From Alphaproteobacteria bacterium (GTDB taxonomy: Bacteria > Pseudomonadota > Alphaproteobacteria > MPNO01 > UBA830): DNA of 64,000 bases. A program made the position numbers and the translations under genes. Under the pieces are notes generated by a model, which saw only the letters and a program-made list of their open reading frames with translations, had not been told where the DNA came from and did no database searches. The stretch is taken from the NCBI GenBank assembly GCA_965243135.1, contig OZ251539.1, forward strand, positions 128,001-192,000, written 5' to 3'. This document shows, piece by piece, positions 48,168 to 58,200 of this stretch (position 1 is its first letter; every line of letters starts with the position of its first letter).

Positions 48168-48970
48168 CCGCAGCGACGCTCCGCGAGGCGTCCGCGGTCG
48201 GCGCGCCGCCGGCGGTCGTTCTCGTTCGTCCCACGCTCGGCGAGAACATCGGCGCGGCGGCGCGCGCCATGATGAATTTCGGGTTGCGCGAAATGCGCCT
48301 CGTCCGGCCGAAGGGGGAGTGGCCCAACTGCAAGGCCCTCAACACCGCCTCCGGGGCGGAACGCGTTCTCGAGGAGGCGCGGCTGTTCGATTCCACGGCC
48401 GCGGCGACGGCCGATCTGCAGCGGCTCTACGCCACGACGGCGCGCATGCGGGACATGGAGAAACCGGTGCTGACGCCGCGGGAGCTGGCGCCGGCGCTGC
48501 GCCGCGACGCGTCGGGCGGCGTTCGCTCGGGCGTCCTCTTCGGCCGGGAGGCGAAGGGCCTGCACAACGACGACGTGGCGCTCGCCGACGCGATCGTCAC
48601 GTTCCCCGTCAGTCCCGAGCACCGGTCGCTCAACCTGGCGCAGGCGGTGCTGCTGATCGGCTACGAGTGGTTCGGAGAGCCGGGGTCCGTCGCGGCGTCG
48701 GCCCGCAAGGGCGGCGAGCCCGCGCCGCGGGAGGCGTTGATCGGCTTCTTCGAGCATCTCGAGCGGGAACTGGACGGCGGCGGGTTCCTGTTTCCGCCGG
48801 AGAAGCGGCCGCGGATGGTGCGCAATATCCGCAACATTTTCGTCCGCGCCGGATTGAGCGAGCGGGAAGTGAAGACTCTGCGCGGCGTCGTCGCGGCGCT
48901 CGCCCGGCCGCGGGAACGCGCTCGGCGGCGTCCGGAAGCGGCGTCCGGCGGCGGCGTCGAGAAGGCGTGA
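48164..48970 (+). CDS. trmJ: TrmJ/LasT-family SPOUT RNA methyltransferase
   Basis: GTG 48164 overlapping the cimA stop; LVRP..GENIGAAARAM.NFGL, LFGRE..GL, SLNLAQAV..IGYE. Confidence 0.9.
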   Translation: MTAATLREASAVGAPPAVVLVRPTLGENIGAAARAMMNFGLREMRLVRPKGEWPNCKALNTASGAERVLEEARLFDSTAAATADLQRLYATTARMRDMEKPVLTPRELAPALRRDASGGVRSGVLFGREAKGLHNDDVALADAIVTFPVSPEHRSLNLAQAVLLIGYEWFGEPGSVAASARKGGEPAPREALIGFFEHLERELDGGGFLFPPEKRPRMVRNIRNIFVRAGLSEREVKTLRGVVAALARPRERARRRPEAASGGGVEKA

Positions 48971-49002
48971 CCGCGCACCGAGTTAATTGACCGCTTTCGT
49001 TG

Positions 49003-49362
49003 GGGAATTATTTACGAAAGCCACATTTTCCCTTGATGCTATCCAGGGAAATAGTAAGGCACCGGCTCAAGCATTGGGCTTGGCCGCTTGGCCAAAATGC
49101 CGTCCCCGCCCGAAACTGTTCTGTTGCGCTGGAGGCACTACAGCGCCACTGACGCGCGGGCTTCGGGATCGGAGCGGAGGGGACATGGACGAGCGGGAAG
49201 CTCGGAAGCAAAGCGGATGGTCCACTGTCCGCGTGAGGTCACCCGATTACCAATCTGGCAACGCAATACAGGAAGAGCGCGCCCGCGCTGTGCTACAGTT
49301 CGTCAACGTTGTCCGAGACTCCCACGCTTGATCGTTGGAATTGAGACTCTCGTATAATTCCC
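49003..49362. mobile_element. 360-bp non-autonomous element (IS1595-family-like MITE) with 8-bp target-site duplication
   Basis: Direct repeat TTTCGTTG at 48995-49002 and 49363-49370. Left end GGGAATTATTTACGAAAG; right end (reverse complement) GGGAATTATACGAGAG. No transposase inside. Confidence 0.8.
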
Positions 49363-49426
49363 TTTCGTTGCGGTGGTTGGCCCCGCGGAGAAGCGGTCGT
49401 GCGCGAAGGAAACAGGAGGAAAGCTG

Positions 49427-51100
49427 GTGCAAACGGACATGAACGGAGGCGATCTGGGGAAAGCGCAGGACATCATCCGCGAGCGCAGGGAAGACGCAGG
49501 GGACGGCAAATGGCTGGAGACGCTCACGCGGGACGTGGCGCCGCACCTGACCGAGTGGCAGATCGAGCAGGCTTGGGAATGGGCGGACTGGCCCGATCGC
49601 GAAAAGACCATGGGCGAGCGCTCGCGCGCGGCCGACGACGGCGTGGACATCGTGGCCAGAGGTCGGGACGGCAGGCTGATCGCCATCCAGTGCAAGGCGC
49701 GAGGACGAACGAGGGAGGGACACGAAGGCGCCGTCAAGGCAGCCGAGGTCAACGCGTTTCTGGCAGCGACCAAGAATCCGGTTTGGGCCGAACGGTGGAT
49801 CGTGTCGAACGTACAGCCGACGGAGAACGTGCGGCAGAAGCTCGAGCCGCTCGGAGATCCTGAAGCGCCGATCCGATGGGTGATCATTTCCGAGGCCATC
49901 GGGGCCGAGATGGACAATCGCAAGGCGGCGCAAGGATGGGAGGAGGATCCGAGGACCGCGATGCAGAACGAGGCGATCGAGAAGACGGTCGCGGGACTGG
50001 AAGCGCTGCGCAGGGCGAAGGCAAGGCACCCGGGATGGGAACCGGACGAGAGCCGCGGGCGGACGATCATGCCTTGCGGCACGGGAAAGACGCGCGTTGG
50101 CTACGAGGTGTCCAGGCGAATCGCGGGGGGGGGGGGGGGGGAACTCACCGTGGTCATGGCGCCGAGCATCGGGCTGGTCCGGCAGCTCCGTCTGGCGTGG
50201 CTGGATTGGGCGGAGCGCAGCGGGGAGAAGCTCGACACCCTGTCGGTCTGCTCCGACCAACGCGTAGCGGATCCACGGGATAGAAGGCACGAGGAGGAAG
50301 AGAGGGCGGCTACGGACGAAATGCGGGTCGGCACGGACGGCGACCCGACGGAAGACAGGGGCAGCGTCGACGCCGCGGAGCTCGTAGGCAGCGTGGCGAG
50401 GGAGAGCGCAGGGATCATGAGGTGGCTCGAAGGGCGCAAGGAGCCGCGTGACCGCCGACCCGTCATCTTCTCGACATACCAGTCGGGGCACCAAACCGCG
50501 GAGGCGCTGCGCAAAAGCAAGATGCGCGCGGCGCTCCTGATCTGCGACGAAGCGCACCGCACGGCGGGCATCAGGAAAACCAAGAGGAAGGAGCTGGGCG
50601 AAAAGATCCGGTCGTTCACGATATGCCACCGAAGCCAAGACTTCCCGGCGCGAACCCGCCTGTACATGACGGCCACCCCGCGGGTCTTCGCGATGGGAGA
50701 AGGCAAGAAGAAGGTCGAGTGGGAAGTCCACACGATGGACGACGAAGCCACGTTCGGGGCCGAGTGTTACCGTCTGCCCTATAAGGACGCGGTGGAGAAG
50801 GGCTATATCAGCGATTACCGCATCATGGCGGTCATGGTGCCGGCGAGCGGTCACGAGGTGGCGAATCGGGAGGCCCGGAAGCGCGAATCGACGCTGGCGA
50901 AAGAAGGGGACGGAACAAGCGTCGGCGTCGCCACGAGCCTCAACGTGCGCAAGCTGGCCTACGCGATGGCGCATGGTGCCGGATCCGAAAGGCAACGGGC
51001 AACTCCCGATCGGGGCGAGCATCGCGTTCTGCAACAGGATCGATCAGTCGAAGAACTTGGCGGAGGAGCTGACCGGACAACCGGTGAAGGACTGGCTTAA
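49427..51100 (+). CDS. Type ISP-like restriction-modification enzyme, N-terminal part (Mrr-like nuclease + SF2 helicase RecA1); sensible reading ends ~50975
   Basis: AGGAGG SD + GTG 49427; DDGVDIVA....LIAIQCK (Mrr-type), MPCGTGKT, APSIGL..Q, STYQS, DEAH, MTATP. Contains G17 at 50125-50141. Confidence 0.8.
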   Translation: MQTDMNGGDLGKAQDIIRERREDAGDGKWLETLTRDVAPHLTEWQIEQAWEWADWPDREKTMGERSRAADDGVDIVARGRDGRLIAIQCKARGRTREGHEGAVKAAEVNAFLAATKNPVWAERWIVSNVQPTENVRQKLEPLGDPEAPIRWVIISEAIGAEMDNRKAAQGWEEDPRTAMQNEAIEKTVAGLEALRRAKARHPGWEPDESRGRTIMPCGTGKTRVGYEVSRRIAGGGGGELTVVMAPSIGLVRQLRLAWLDWAERSGEKLDTLSVCSDQRVADPRDRRHEEEERAATDEMRVGTDGDPTEDRGSVDAAELVGSVARESAGIMRWLEGRKEPRDRRPVIFSTYQSGHQTAEALRKSKMRAALLICDEAHRTAGIRKTKRKELGEKIRSFTICHRSQDFPARTRLYMTATPRVFAMGEGKKKVEWEVHTMDDEATFGAECYRLPYKDAVEKGYISDYRIMAVMVPASGHEVANREARKRESTLAKEGDGTSVGVATSLNVRKLAYAMAHGAGSERQRATPDRGEHRVLQQDRSVEELGGGADRTTGEGLA

Positions 51101-54100
51101 GGACTTGGGCACGGGGACCGACGCGGAGGTCAAGGAGTACTGCATCGAGCACCGCGACTCAGGCGATAGCGCGGCGAGGCGCGAGGAAGCGCTGCTGGGA
51201 CTGCGCAGCGCGACAACCGACGAACCTTACGGGGTCAGCAACGTCGGGATCTTCGGGGAAGGGATCGACACGCCGGAGCTCAACGCGGTGGCGTTCATCG
51301 AACCGCGCAAGAGCCCGGTGGAGGTGATCCAGGCGGTCGGTCGGGTCATGCGGCGGAGCGAGACGAAGGAGATGGGCTACGTCATCGTGCCGTTGGAGAT
51401 CCCGCCCACGCAAAACGCTGAAGCGTGGCTCGAAGGATGCGAGAACGCCGAAGGATGGAAGGAGCTGGGACAGATCCTCAACGCGCTGCGCGCGCACGAC
51501 GGTCGGATCGAGCGCGAACTCGCCAAGCTGCTGCACGTCGCGGTCCCGCCGCAAGACGAACTTGCGCAGCACTTGGCCGTCATCTGGGACGCGGAGGGCG
51601 AGTTCGCAGTGCTCTGGACCGGGTACGGATTCGAAGAGGTCGTGGCCAACGCCGAGGAAGGAACGTCCGCCCGGGAAAGGCTGGCGAAGCGCGGGTCGCT
51701 CGAAGATGCGAGAGAGGTCGAAACGGTCGATGAGATCCCGTCCGTGACATATATCGTGGACGACCGTCAGGAGACCCGCCCGCTCATCGCCCCGGTGAAT
51801 ACGTACCCAGAGTGGCAGCGAGAAGAGGAAGGCTACCGGACAGGACCGGCAATCGAACGCGCCTCAAGGACGCTGAGGGAAGAGATCCGCAAGCCGAAAC
51901 GGGATCGGCGGAAGCTGCGCCCAGCAAGGAAGCAGGCGAAGAAGAGAAAGGAGGGCAAGACTGACCGGGCGACGCAGCGTTCGCTCGAGCTCTTGCACTC
52001 GCTCCAAGAGGAGGGCGCGGAAGCGGTCCGGGTCAACGTGCTGGAACGGTCGGGGCTGCTGGGCGGGCCGGAGCGCGACTTCAACGTGTTGCGCGAGAGC
52101 GTGGAGGCCGCGGCGGCACGGCTGAAAGAGGACGCGCTTGAAGACGAGCTCAAAAGTCAGCTCGGCATGCAGAACATGACGAATGACGGGAAGAAGCGAG
52201 CGGACGCGTGCACCGTGACGGCGCTCCTGCTGATGACCGCGTCCATCGTGCACGCCCGGATCGAGCGTTCCGGCAGTTTGAAGGGGCGGAAAACGATCTT
52301 GCTGGAGGAAGTATCGAGGCACGAGTCGCCCGCCGAAGCGCTGATGAGCGCTTGGGATGAAATCCTGGCGATCGATTACCGGCCAGTGTTCGAGAAGGCT
52401 CGTAACCTGCTCCGACACCTGACGCGTCAGGTGCGCAAGACCGCTGCGCTGGATGCCGCGATCCGGGGAATCACGCGCGACGCCGGGGAGATCGCCGACA
52501 CCTACGCCGCCATGGGCATGGACCACGCGGGGGAGTTGTTCAACAAAGTGATGGGCGACCAGGCGGCCGACGGCGCGTATTTCACGCGGCCGGTAGCCGG
52601 CGTGCTGCTCGCGGAGCTCGCCATGGAAGCATGCGGCGAAACGCAATGGAACATGGAGGATACATGGAAGCGGGCGAGACTCATGGACCCCGCATGCGGA
52701 AGCGGCACGCTGCTGATGGCATGGATAGCGGCAATGAAACGCCGGGCGATCAAAGACGGAGCAGGGGAAGAGATCAGCGCTAAGCTGCACAAATATATGG
52801 TGGAGGAAGGGATTGCGGGACTCGACATCAACCCTGTGTCCCTGCAGCTCGCCGGCGCGCAGCTCACCATCGGGGACCTGAAGGCGCGATACAGAAAGAT
52901 GGGGCTGTGGGAAATGCCCTACGGTTACGGGAACGGGGACAACCGGACAGAGCCGGCGAGCGCGGGCTCGCTGGAGTTGCTGACCGACAAGAGGATCGTC
53001 GGCAGTTCGCCGTGGGATGCCCAAGGACAGGGGAGCTTCGATCTTGAGGGTGAACGGACATACATGGACAAGGCGAAGGGGGTGCGCATCGCGCTGCGCG
53101 AAGACGAGCCGAGGGAGCAGGAGGGGGTCGTCGACGATGTGGTCGAAGAAATCGGAGGGCGCAGGGTTGCGCTGATGAACCCCCCGTTCGTGACCCGGAA
53201 GAAACTGGGATTGAAGTTCGAGCGGGGTCAGCAGATAGCGGTGCGCAAGCGCATCGACGGTGCCCAGGCCATCCTCGAAGTTGCAGACCCCGCGATGCAG
53301 GGAATGGCGGAGAAGACGACGACGCAGCCGCTCTATGTCGCGCTGGGCCTAAAGTGCACCGACGCCGAAAGAGGGGTCCTGGGGATGGTCATCCCGACCG
53401 CCGGACTGCTTGCGCCGAGCGGACTGCGGCAGCGGCGAATTCTCGCCGACCAACTGCACATCCGTTACGTGCTGACGTGCCACGAACCGAACAACGTCAA
53501 CTTGAGCCAGGGAACGGCGGTCAACGAGAGCCTTGTCGTCGGCGCCCGGGCGGGCCGCGGGGAAGGAAGAGCCACGCGCTTCGTGAGCCTGGACAGGCTG
53601 CCTCGCACGGCGAGGGAGGCCGTGGAGGTTGCAGAAGCCGTGGCGGGCGGAAAGCAAATTCCGGAAGGGCGGGCGAAGGAGGTATGCGCCGAGCGGATGG
53701 CGGCAGGGGACTGGAGCGCCGCCGGATGGCGGGATCCGACGCTGGACGACGCCGTCGAGGAGATGCTCGGGTGGGGAAGCCTGATCCCGATGGGAGAGGC
53801 AAATGTGACCATGAAGGCGCCGGGGCACGGGTCGCTTGTGGAGTACAAGGGGACAGGCGTTGCACGATGGGTGCTCAATTCGAAAGCTGCGGACGGACAG
53901 ATGCGGATCGAAGGGCGTCCCGACTCGAAGATGCTGCCGAAACCGAGCGAAGGCGAGACGAAAGACCCCAGGGAAGCGCGGGAGGAGAGGTTGTGGAGTA
54001 AATGGATGAAAGAGTGCGCGAGCCACCTGTTGGTGACCGCAGGGCAGGATACGGGGACTGCGCGAGTGAGCGCCGTCGCCTGCGAAAAGAAACAAATCGG

Positions 54101-54506
54101 GATGTGGTGGAAGCCGGTGCAAGGGCTGACCCTGCAACAGGCGAAAGCGTGGTCCGTCTGGCTGAACAGTACGCCCGGCAGGCTTATGACCCTGGTTCAT
54201 CGGGGCAAGAAACTTAACTTCCCCGTCTACAACCCGCAGGCTTTACTGCGGATCCGGGTTCCGATGCTCGATCAGCCGAGGGCGATAGAGCGGTTGGCGC
54301 GGGCTTGGGAAGAAACCCGCGGAATGGAGGTTCCGCAGTATCGGGAGGGATACGCGCCGGTTCGGCAGGCTTGGGACAAGGCGGTCTGCGAAGCGTTGGA
54401 CGAAGCGGAAGGCGGCAAGGTGAGAGAGTGGGCGGAGAAGCTCAACCGGGAGCCCGCCATCAGTCTGGAAGGATTTTTCGAAGAGGCAAAGGACGCGCGG
54501 AGGTAA
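50973..54506 (+). CDS. Type ISP-like enzyme, C-terminal part (helicase C domain + N6-adenine methyltransferase + putative target-recognition region), +1 frame relative to the N-terminal part
   Basis: IAFCN, NVGIFGEGIDTPEL, PRKS.V..IQAVGRVMR, GAYFTRP, DPACGSGTLL, NPPF. Confidence 0.85.
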   Translation: MVPDPKGNGQLPIGASIAFCNRIDQSKNLAEELTGQPVKDWLKDLGTGTDAEVKEYCIEHRDSGDSAARREEALLGLRSATTDEPYGVSNVGIFGEGIDTPELNAVAFIEPRKSPVEVIQAVGRVMRRSETKEMGYVIVPLEIPPTQNAEAWLEGCENAEGWKELGQILNALRAHDGRIERELAKLLHVAVPPQDELAQHLAVIWDAEGEFAVLWTGYGFEEVVANAEEGTSARERLAKRGSLEDAREVETVDEIPSVTYIVDDRQETRPLIAPVNTYPEWQREEEGYRTGPAIERASRTLREEIRKPKRDRRKLRPARKQAKKRKEGKTDRATQRSLELLHSLQEEGAEAVRVNVLERSGLLGGPERDFNVLRESVEAAAARLKEDALEDELKSQLGMQNMTNDGKKRADACTVTALLLMTASIVHARIERSGSLKGRKTILLEEVSRHESPAEALMSAWDEILAIDYRPVFEKARNLLRHLTRQVRKTAALDAAIRGITRDAGEIADTYAAMGMDHAGELFNKVMGDQAADGAYFTRPVAGVLLAELAMEACGETQWNMEDTWKRARLMDPACGSGTLLMAWIAAMKRRAIKDGAGEEISAKLHKYMVEEGIAGLDINPVSLQLAGAQLTIGDLKARYRKMGLWEMPYGYGNGDNRTEPASAGSLELLTDKRIVGSSPWDAQGQGSFDLEGERTYMDKAKGVRIALREDEPREQEGVVDDVVEEIGGRRVALMNPPFVTRKKLGLKFERGQQIAVRKRIDGAQAILEVADPAMQGMAEKTTTQPLYVALGLKCTDAERGVLGMVIPTAGLLAPSGLRQRRILADQLHIRYVLTCHEPNNVNLSQGTAVNESLVVGARAGRGEGRATRFVSLDRLPRTAREAVEVAEAVAGGKQIPEGRAKEVCAERMAAGDWSAAGWRDPTLDDAVEEMLGWGSLIPMGEANVTMKAPGHGSLVEYKGTGVARWVLNSKAADGQMRIEGRPDSKMLPKPSEGETKDPREAREERLWSKWMKECASHLLVTAGQDTGTARVSAVACEKKQIGMWWKPVQGLTLQQAKAWSVWLNSTPGRLMTLVHRGKKLNFPVYNPQALLRIRVPMLDQPRAIERLARAWEETRGMEVPQYREGYAPVRQAWDKAVCEALDEAEGGKVREWAEKLNREPAISLEGFFEEAKDARR

Positions 54507-55019
54507 CGGCGGAAGGGGATCCGAAGCCTTCTCGTTCGCCGAAGGACTGTCGCGCGACATCCCCCTGCCGACGGCGCGGCGGCTCCGGACCGTTGGCCGG
54601 GATGCGTGCGGACGTGACAATCTCCCCCTATCGACTCCGCGAGGTGCCGGGCGGGCGGCGGGCCGACGAAAACGGCACGGCGCAAACGCCTCGAAATTCA
54701 GAACTCCTGACATGCCGCCCGATAATCGGTTATTTTTGTTTATTCTTTGTGCAATCGCCATTAAATATTTTATTGAACACGCGTCAGGGCGGCATGGTCG
54801 CGCCTTGTCTTCTTGCCCGACAACGCAGTCTCGTTCGCGGCTGCCTTCGGCTTTTCGAGCGGTCCATCGCCGCGCCTTTCCCAAGAAGTGTCGAACGTCC
54901 AGTAAAAATCTAACAATGTCAGGAGGTCTGAAATTAGGGTTTCTCTCCTGCTTCCCGCCGCTAGATTTCGAGCCAGCTTGCGCGCGGGCGGTCATCGGGC
55001 CGACCGAGAGCGATTTCTG

Positions 55020-55053
55020 CCTATACGACAAGAAGGGACCTATACGACAAGAA
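55020..55053 (+). repeat. 15-bp direct repeat upstream of the second giant gene
   Basis: CCTATACGACAAGAA at 55020 and 55039. Confidence 0.8.
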
Positions 55054-55203
55054 ACGAAAAGCGTCGAATTTCACTGGATAGCCGGGATGTTGGAAACCAG
55101 CTTTTGCGAAGGGGGGCTTTGCGTCGTTCCGGGCGATGATTCCGGAATTCGGCGGCGGTAGGAGCGGGCAGCGCCCGTTCGCCGGTCCATTGGCGTGAAA
55201 TTT

Positions 55204-55223
55204 CCCCCCCCCCCCCCCCCCCC
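55204..55223 (+). repeat. C20 homopolymer at the 5' end of the second giant gene
   Basis: 20 consecutive C, ending 15 bp before GTG 55239. Confidence 0.9.
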
Positions 55224-55238
55224 GCCCCGCGAGGCGTC

Positions 55239-58200
55239 GTGAAGGCAACGGCGGGCAGTAGCCGGCTCGCTGCGGCCTTGGCGGGCATTGCGCTCGCGAG
55301 CGGGTTCGCCGTAGCGCTGGTGGCGGGCGGGCCGGAGGCGGGGGCGCATGTCGGCAACAGCCACCCCCTGCTACCCCACACGAACAGCTTCAGCATATAT
55401 TTCCGCGGTCACCAACTGGACAATCCCTATATCGTTTCCCGGCCCGAGTCCGGCGACACCTACTGGCCGGGCGAGACCGTCACGGTGCTGGTGCCGTGGG
55501 GCTGGGCGAACACTCGCAGCATCTCCATCAACTCGGTCGACACGGTCCAGCTCACCATCTCGGTGGGCAGCACCACGCGCACCCTCACCGGGAAGTGGGA
55601 GGATCGGGAACGGCGCTACGGCCTGGGAAACACCTCCTTCCGCCGGCTCTATTTCGATTACGTGGTGCGGAAGGGCGACCGCGACAGCGACGGCATCAGC
55701 CTCGCCGAGAACGCGCTGCACTCCCCCGGCCGCGCCGAGAGCGGCATCAGGGGGACGGCCGGCGGCAGTTTCCGGCAGTTCGAGCTGGAAAAGCTGCTGC
55801 ACGGCTTCGGCGCCCAGTCCGGGCACAAGGTGGATACGCCGGCGCCGACGTTTTCCGGAGTGTCGGGGCCGACGGTCACGCTTTACACCGGCGGATCCGT
55901 GAACTACCGGCTGCCGAAGATCGCGAATGCGGACGAGGCGCACAACGTCGGCTATTCGGTGACGCCGGCGCTGCCGACCGGACTGGCGCTGAACGCGTCC
56001 ACGGCGACCATCGCCGGGTCGCGCAGCAGCGCTTCGTCGCGGGGCAACTACACGCTGCGCGCGACGGACGGGTTCGGGCGCACGGCCGATCTCGCCTTCA
56101 CCCTGGCGGTCTCCAACGACGTGGGGATCGAGTCGATCTCGATCGCCTCGAATCCCGGCACGGACAAGACCTACGGCAAGAACGGGGATTTCGGAACCAA
56201 CGACCGCATCGACGTGACGGTGGATTTCACCCACCGGCTGGGCACGGTGCTCACCGACCGCCTGTATCTGGACATCCGCGTCGGGGCCAACGCGCGCCGC
56301 GCGAGCAACCCGACCTGGCGCAACGAGAACGGTCGTTGGGACAAGCTCTATTTCAGCTACGCGGTGCAGGAGGGCGACTGGGACGGCGACGGCATCTCCT
56401 TTCCGCAGAATCCGATGGGCGGCGGCAAGACCGGCGGTTTACGGTTCCACACCGCCGGGCGCGGCGGCGGCGACAACCGGGTGAACCGGGATTTCGGGGC
56501 GGTGCCGGACGATCCCGGTCACAAGGTCCGCGGGCGGCAGACCGCGCCGACCTTCGGCTCGACGGCCAGCCCGTCCTGGATCTGGGTCGCGGACAACGCG
56601 GTCTCGCAGCAGTTGCCGACGGCGACGCAGGGCGACGGCGGCGTGACCTACGGCGTCAAGGAGTCTCTGCCGGACGGACTCGCCTTCGCCGCCGCGACGC
56701 GGACGATCTCCGGCACGCCGACGGCGGCGCAAGCCGCTGCGAACTACACGCTGGTGGCGACGGACGGGGACGGCGACAAGGCGGAGCTGCGCTTCTCCAT
56801 CGAAATTCAGGAGCTGCTGCTCTCCATCTCCTCGCCGAGCGCGACGGAAGGCGCGGCGGGCGAGACCGCGACGCTGGAGTACGACGTGACCCTGAACCGG
56901 GCGCCGGGGCGGCAGGTGACGGTGGATTACGCCGCGGCAACGAACCCGGGGACGGCGTCGTCGGGGGCCGACTACGCGGCGTTTTCCGGCGACACGCTGA
57001 CTTTCGCGGCGGCGGAGACGAGCAAGACCGTCACCGTGACGGTGACCGGGGACGCGCTGGACGAGCCGGCCGAGACGGTGCGGGTGGCGCTCTCCAACCC
57101 CTCCGGCGCGACGCTGGGGAGCGCCGCCGTCGGCACGGGCACGATCGCCGACGACGACCCGACGCCGACGCTCGCGCTCGCGCTTTCGGATCCGGACCCG
57201 GGGAGGCCCGACACGATCGCCGAAAGCGGGGCGGGCAATGCGACCGCGGTGACGGCGAGCCTGGCCGGCGGGATCTCGGGCGAGGCGATCACGGTGACGG
57301 TGGCGGCGGTGGCGGTCTACGCGGCCCTCGCCGCCGACGGCGGCTTCGCGTTGAGCGCGGGCCGGACGCTGACCATCGCGGCCGGGGCGACGGCGAGCGC
57401 CGGCGCGGTGACGGTCACGGCGGTGGACGACGCCATCGACTCGACGGACAAGAGCGCGACGGTGAGCGGGACCCTGGCCGGCGGGCACGGGCTGGTGGCG
57501 GCGCCGTCGAGCCTGACGCTGACCATCGCCGACGACGACTCGCGGCCCACGTCGGCCTTGGCCCTCGGCCCGGCCTCGATCTCGGAGACGGGCGGCGTCG
57601 CGACGGTGACGGCGACGCTTTCCAACCCCTCGGCCGCCGCGGTGACGCTGACGGTGGCGGCGGCGCCGGGGACGGGCGCGGCGGTGGGCGACTACGCCCT
57701 GAGCGCGGCCAACGCGCTGACCATCGCGGCGGGGGCGACGGCGAGTTCGGGGCAGGTGACGGTGACGGCGGTGGGGAACCCCACCGATTCGGCCGACAAG
57801 GGCGTGACGATCTCGGCGACGGCGGCGGGCAGCCCCGGGGCGGCGGACCCTCCGAACGCGACCCTGACGATCCGCGACGACGACGGTACGCCCACGGTGT
57901 CGCTGGTGCTGTCGTCGTCGTCGGTCCCGGAGAACGGCGGGACGGCGACGGTGACCGCGGCGCTGAACGGCACGTCGAGCGAAGCGGTGACGGTCACGGT
58001 GGCGGCGACGGCGGCGTCCTCGTCCGGCGCGGTGGACGGCGATTTCACGCTGACGGGAACGACGCTGACCATCGCGGCGAACGCCACGGCCAGCGTCGGC
58101 GCGGTCACGATCGCGGCCAACGACAACGCGGTGGATTCGGCGGACAAGTCGGTGACGGTCTCGGGCACGGCATCCGGGGGCAACGGCATCGCGGACCCGG

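Noticed and set aside
47189-48970. 593-aa ORF ending in TrmJ
   Set aside because: The upstream part is an off-frame reading of cimA; the real start is GTG 48164.
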